Shown here one piece after another: positions 63,695 through 64,000 of a DNA stretch of 64,000 bases. The stretch comes from a virus (taxonomy: Duplodnaviria; Heunggongvirae; Uroviricota; Caudoviricetes). The translations under genes were made by a program, and so were the position numbers. Position 1 is the first letter of the stretch. Each line of letters begins with the position of its first letter. The stretch lies in IMG/VR virus record IMGVR_UViG_3300013121_000035, positions 40,203 through 104,202 of that record; one strand, 5' to 3'. The notes beneath the pieces are model-generated. The model made no database searches, had not been told where the DNA came from, and was given only the letters and a program-made list of their open reading frames with translations.

Positions 63695-64000
63695 TTACGG
63701 CCAGTCGCTCTGCGGCTCGAAGTCCTTCTGCTCCAGCAGGTGCAGCACGCCGGTCTGGCGGTCGAACACACCCCAGTGCGTATCGCCGGAGCTGCCGTCA
63801 CGGGTCAGGTCCAGCGCCGCCGCTGCGGCCGCTTCCGGCGTGTCGATCTCGTCGCCCTCGTAGCCGGCGTAGCCGACCAGTAGCGAGACCACGAAACGGT
63901 TGCCCCGACCGCAGTAGGTGTTCAGGATCTCCTTGGCGTCGAAGTGTCGTTCCTCGTTGCGCTTGGCGGTGCGCTCAGTGTCGTTGGCGTAGCTCTCGGC
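63695..64000 (-). CDS. hypothetical protein, 5' partial (runs off window end)
   Basis: ORF is open to base 64000 on the minus strand. C-terminal part is FVVSLLVGYAGYEGDEIDTPEAAAAAALDLTRDG.... Confidence 0.4.
   Translation of the reverse strand, partial: AESYANDTERTAKRNEERHFDAKEILNTYCGRGNRFVVSLLVGYAGYEGDEIDTPEAAAAAALDLTRDGSSGDTHWGVFDRQTGVLHLLEQKDFEPQSDWP

Noticed and set aside
1-64000. CRISPR arrays, rRNA genes, IS elements
   Set aside because: No regularly spaced short direct repeats, no rRNA-like conserved blocks, and no transposase-like ORF with terminal inverted repeats were seen.

Overview
This window reads as a high-GC actinobacteriophage or prophage genome segment with dense, mostly translationally coupled (ATGA/GTGA overlap) genes. 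The family-level calls below come from sequence motifs read by eye. No similarity search was run, and coordinates of short genes and start codons are approximate.

Gene layout, left to right:
- Positions 1-10505 (+ strand): a siphovirus-type tail module. It holds a 5'-partial tape measure protein, minor tail proteins and a repeat-containing fiber-like protein.
- Positions 10549-11288: a small membrane protein and a 3-TM holin-like protein, with no adjacent endolysin.
- Positions 12265-12295: a strong TTGACA-N19-TAGAGT promoter, opening a rightward early/replication region (12460-27031).
- That region encodes a Cas4/RecB-like exonuclease, a Sak4-like AAA ATPase with a DUF669-like partner, a primase-helicase, WhiB and an HNH endonuclease. 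It also has a run of small Cys-rich zinc-ribbon ORFs, a PGRP-type amidase and a papain-like peptidase.
- Positions 27922-44500: a mixed-orientation accessory/lysogeny region. It contains a large serine recombinase (30427-31971) followed on the same strand by a family-4 UDG and membrane proteins.
- The same region has a secreted NlpC/P60 peptidase, a CPBP/Abi-type intramembrane protease operon headed by a wHTH regulator, an SPFH/band-7 operon and an Xis-like HTH protein.
- Positions 44505-64000: a long leftward (minus-strand) gene array. The most notable part is a contiguous block encoding a ParB-like nuclease-domain protein, a vWA/MIDAS protein, a MoxR-type AAA+ ATPase, an ATP-dependent DNA ligase, a RuvB-like ATPase and Ku.

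Other observations:
- There are two in-frame stop codons inside apparently continuous coding sequence (TAG in a PAPS-reductase-like gene, TGA between Cys-rich ORFs).
- There is an atypical 113-nt tRNA-like element.
- There is a tandem duplication of a small gene with its promoter.
- The integrase has Thr at the expected nucleophilic Ser position.
- No CRISPR array or rRNA was seen.
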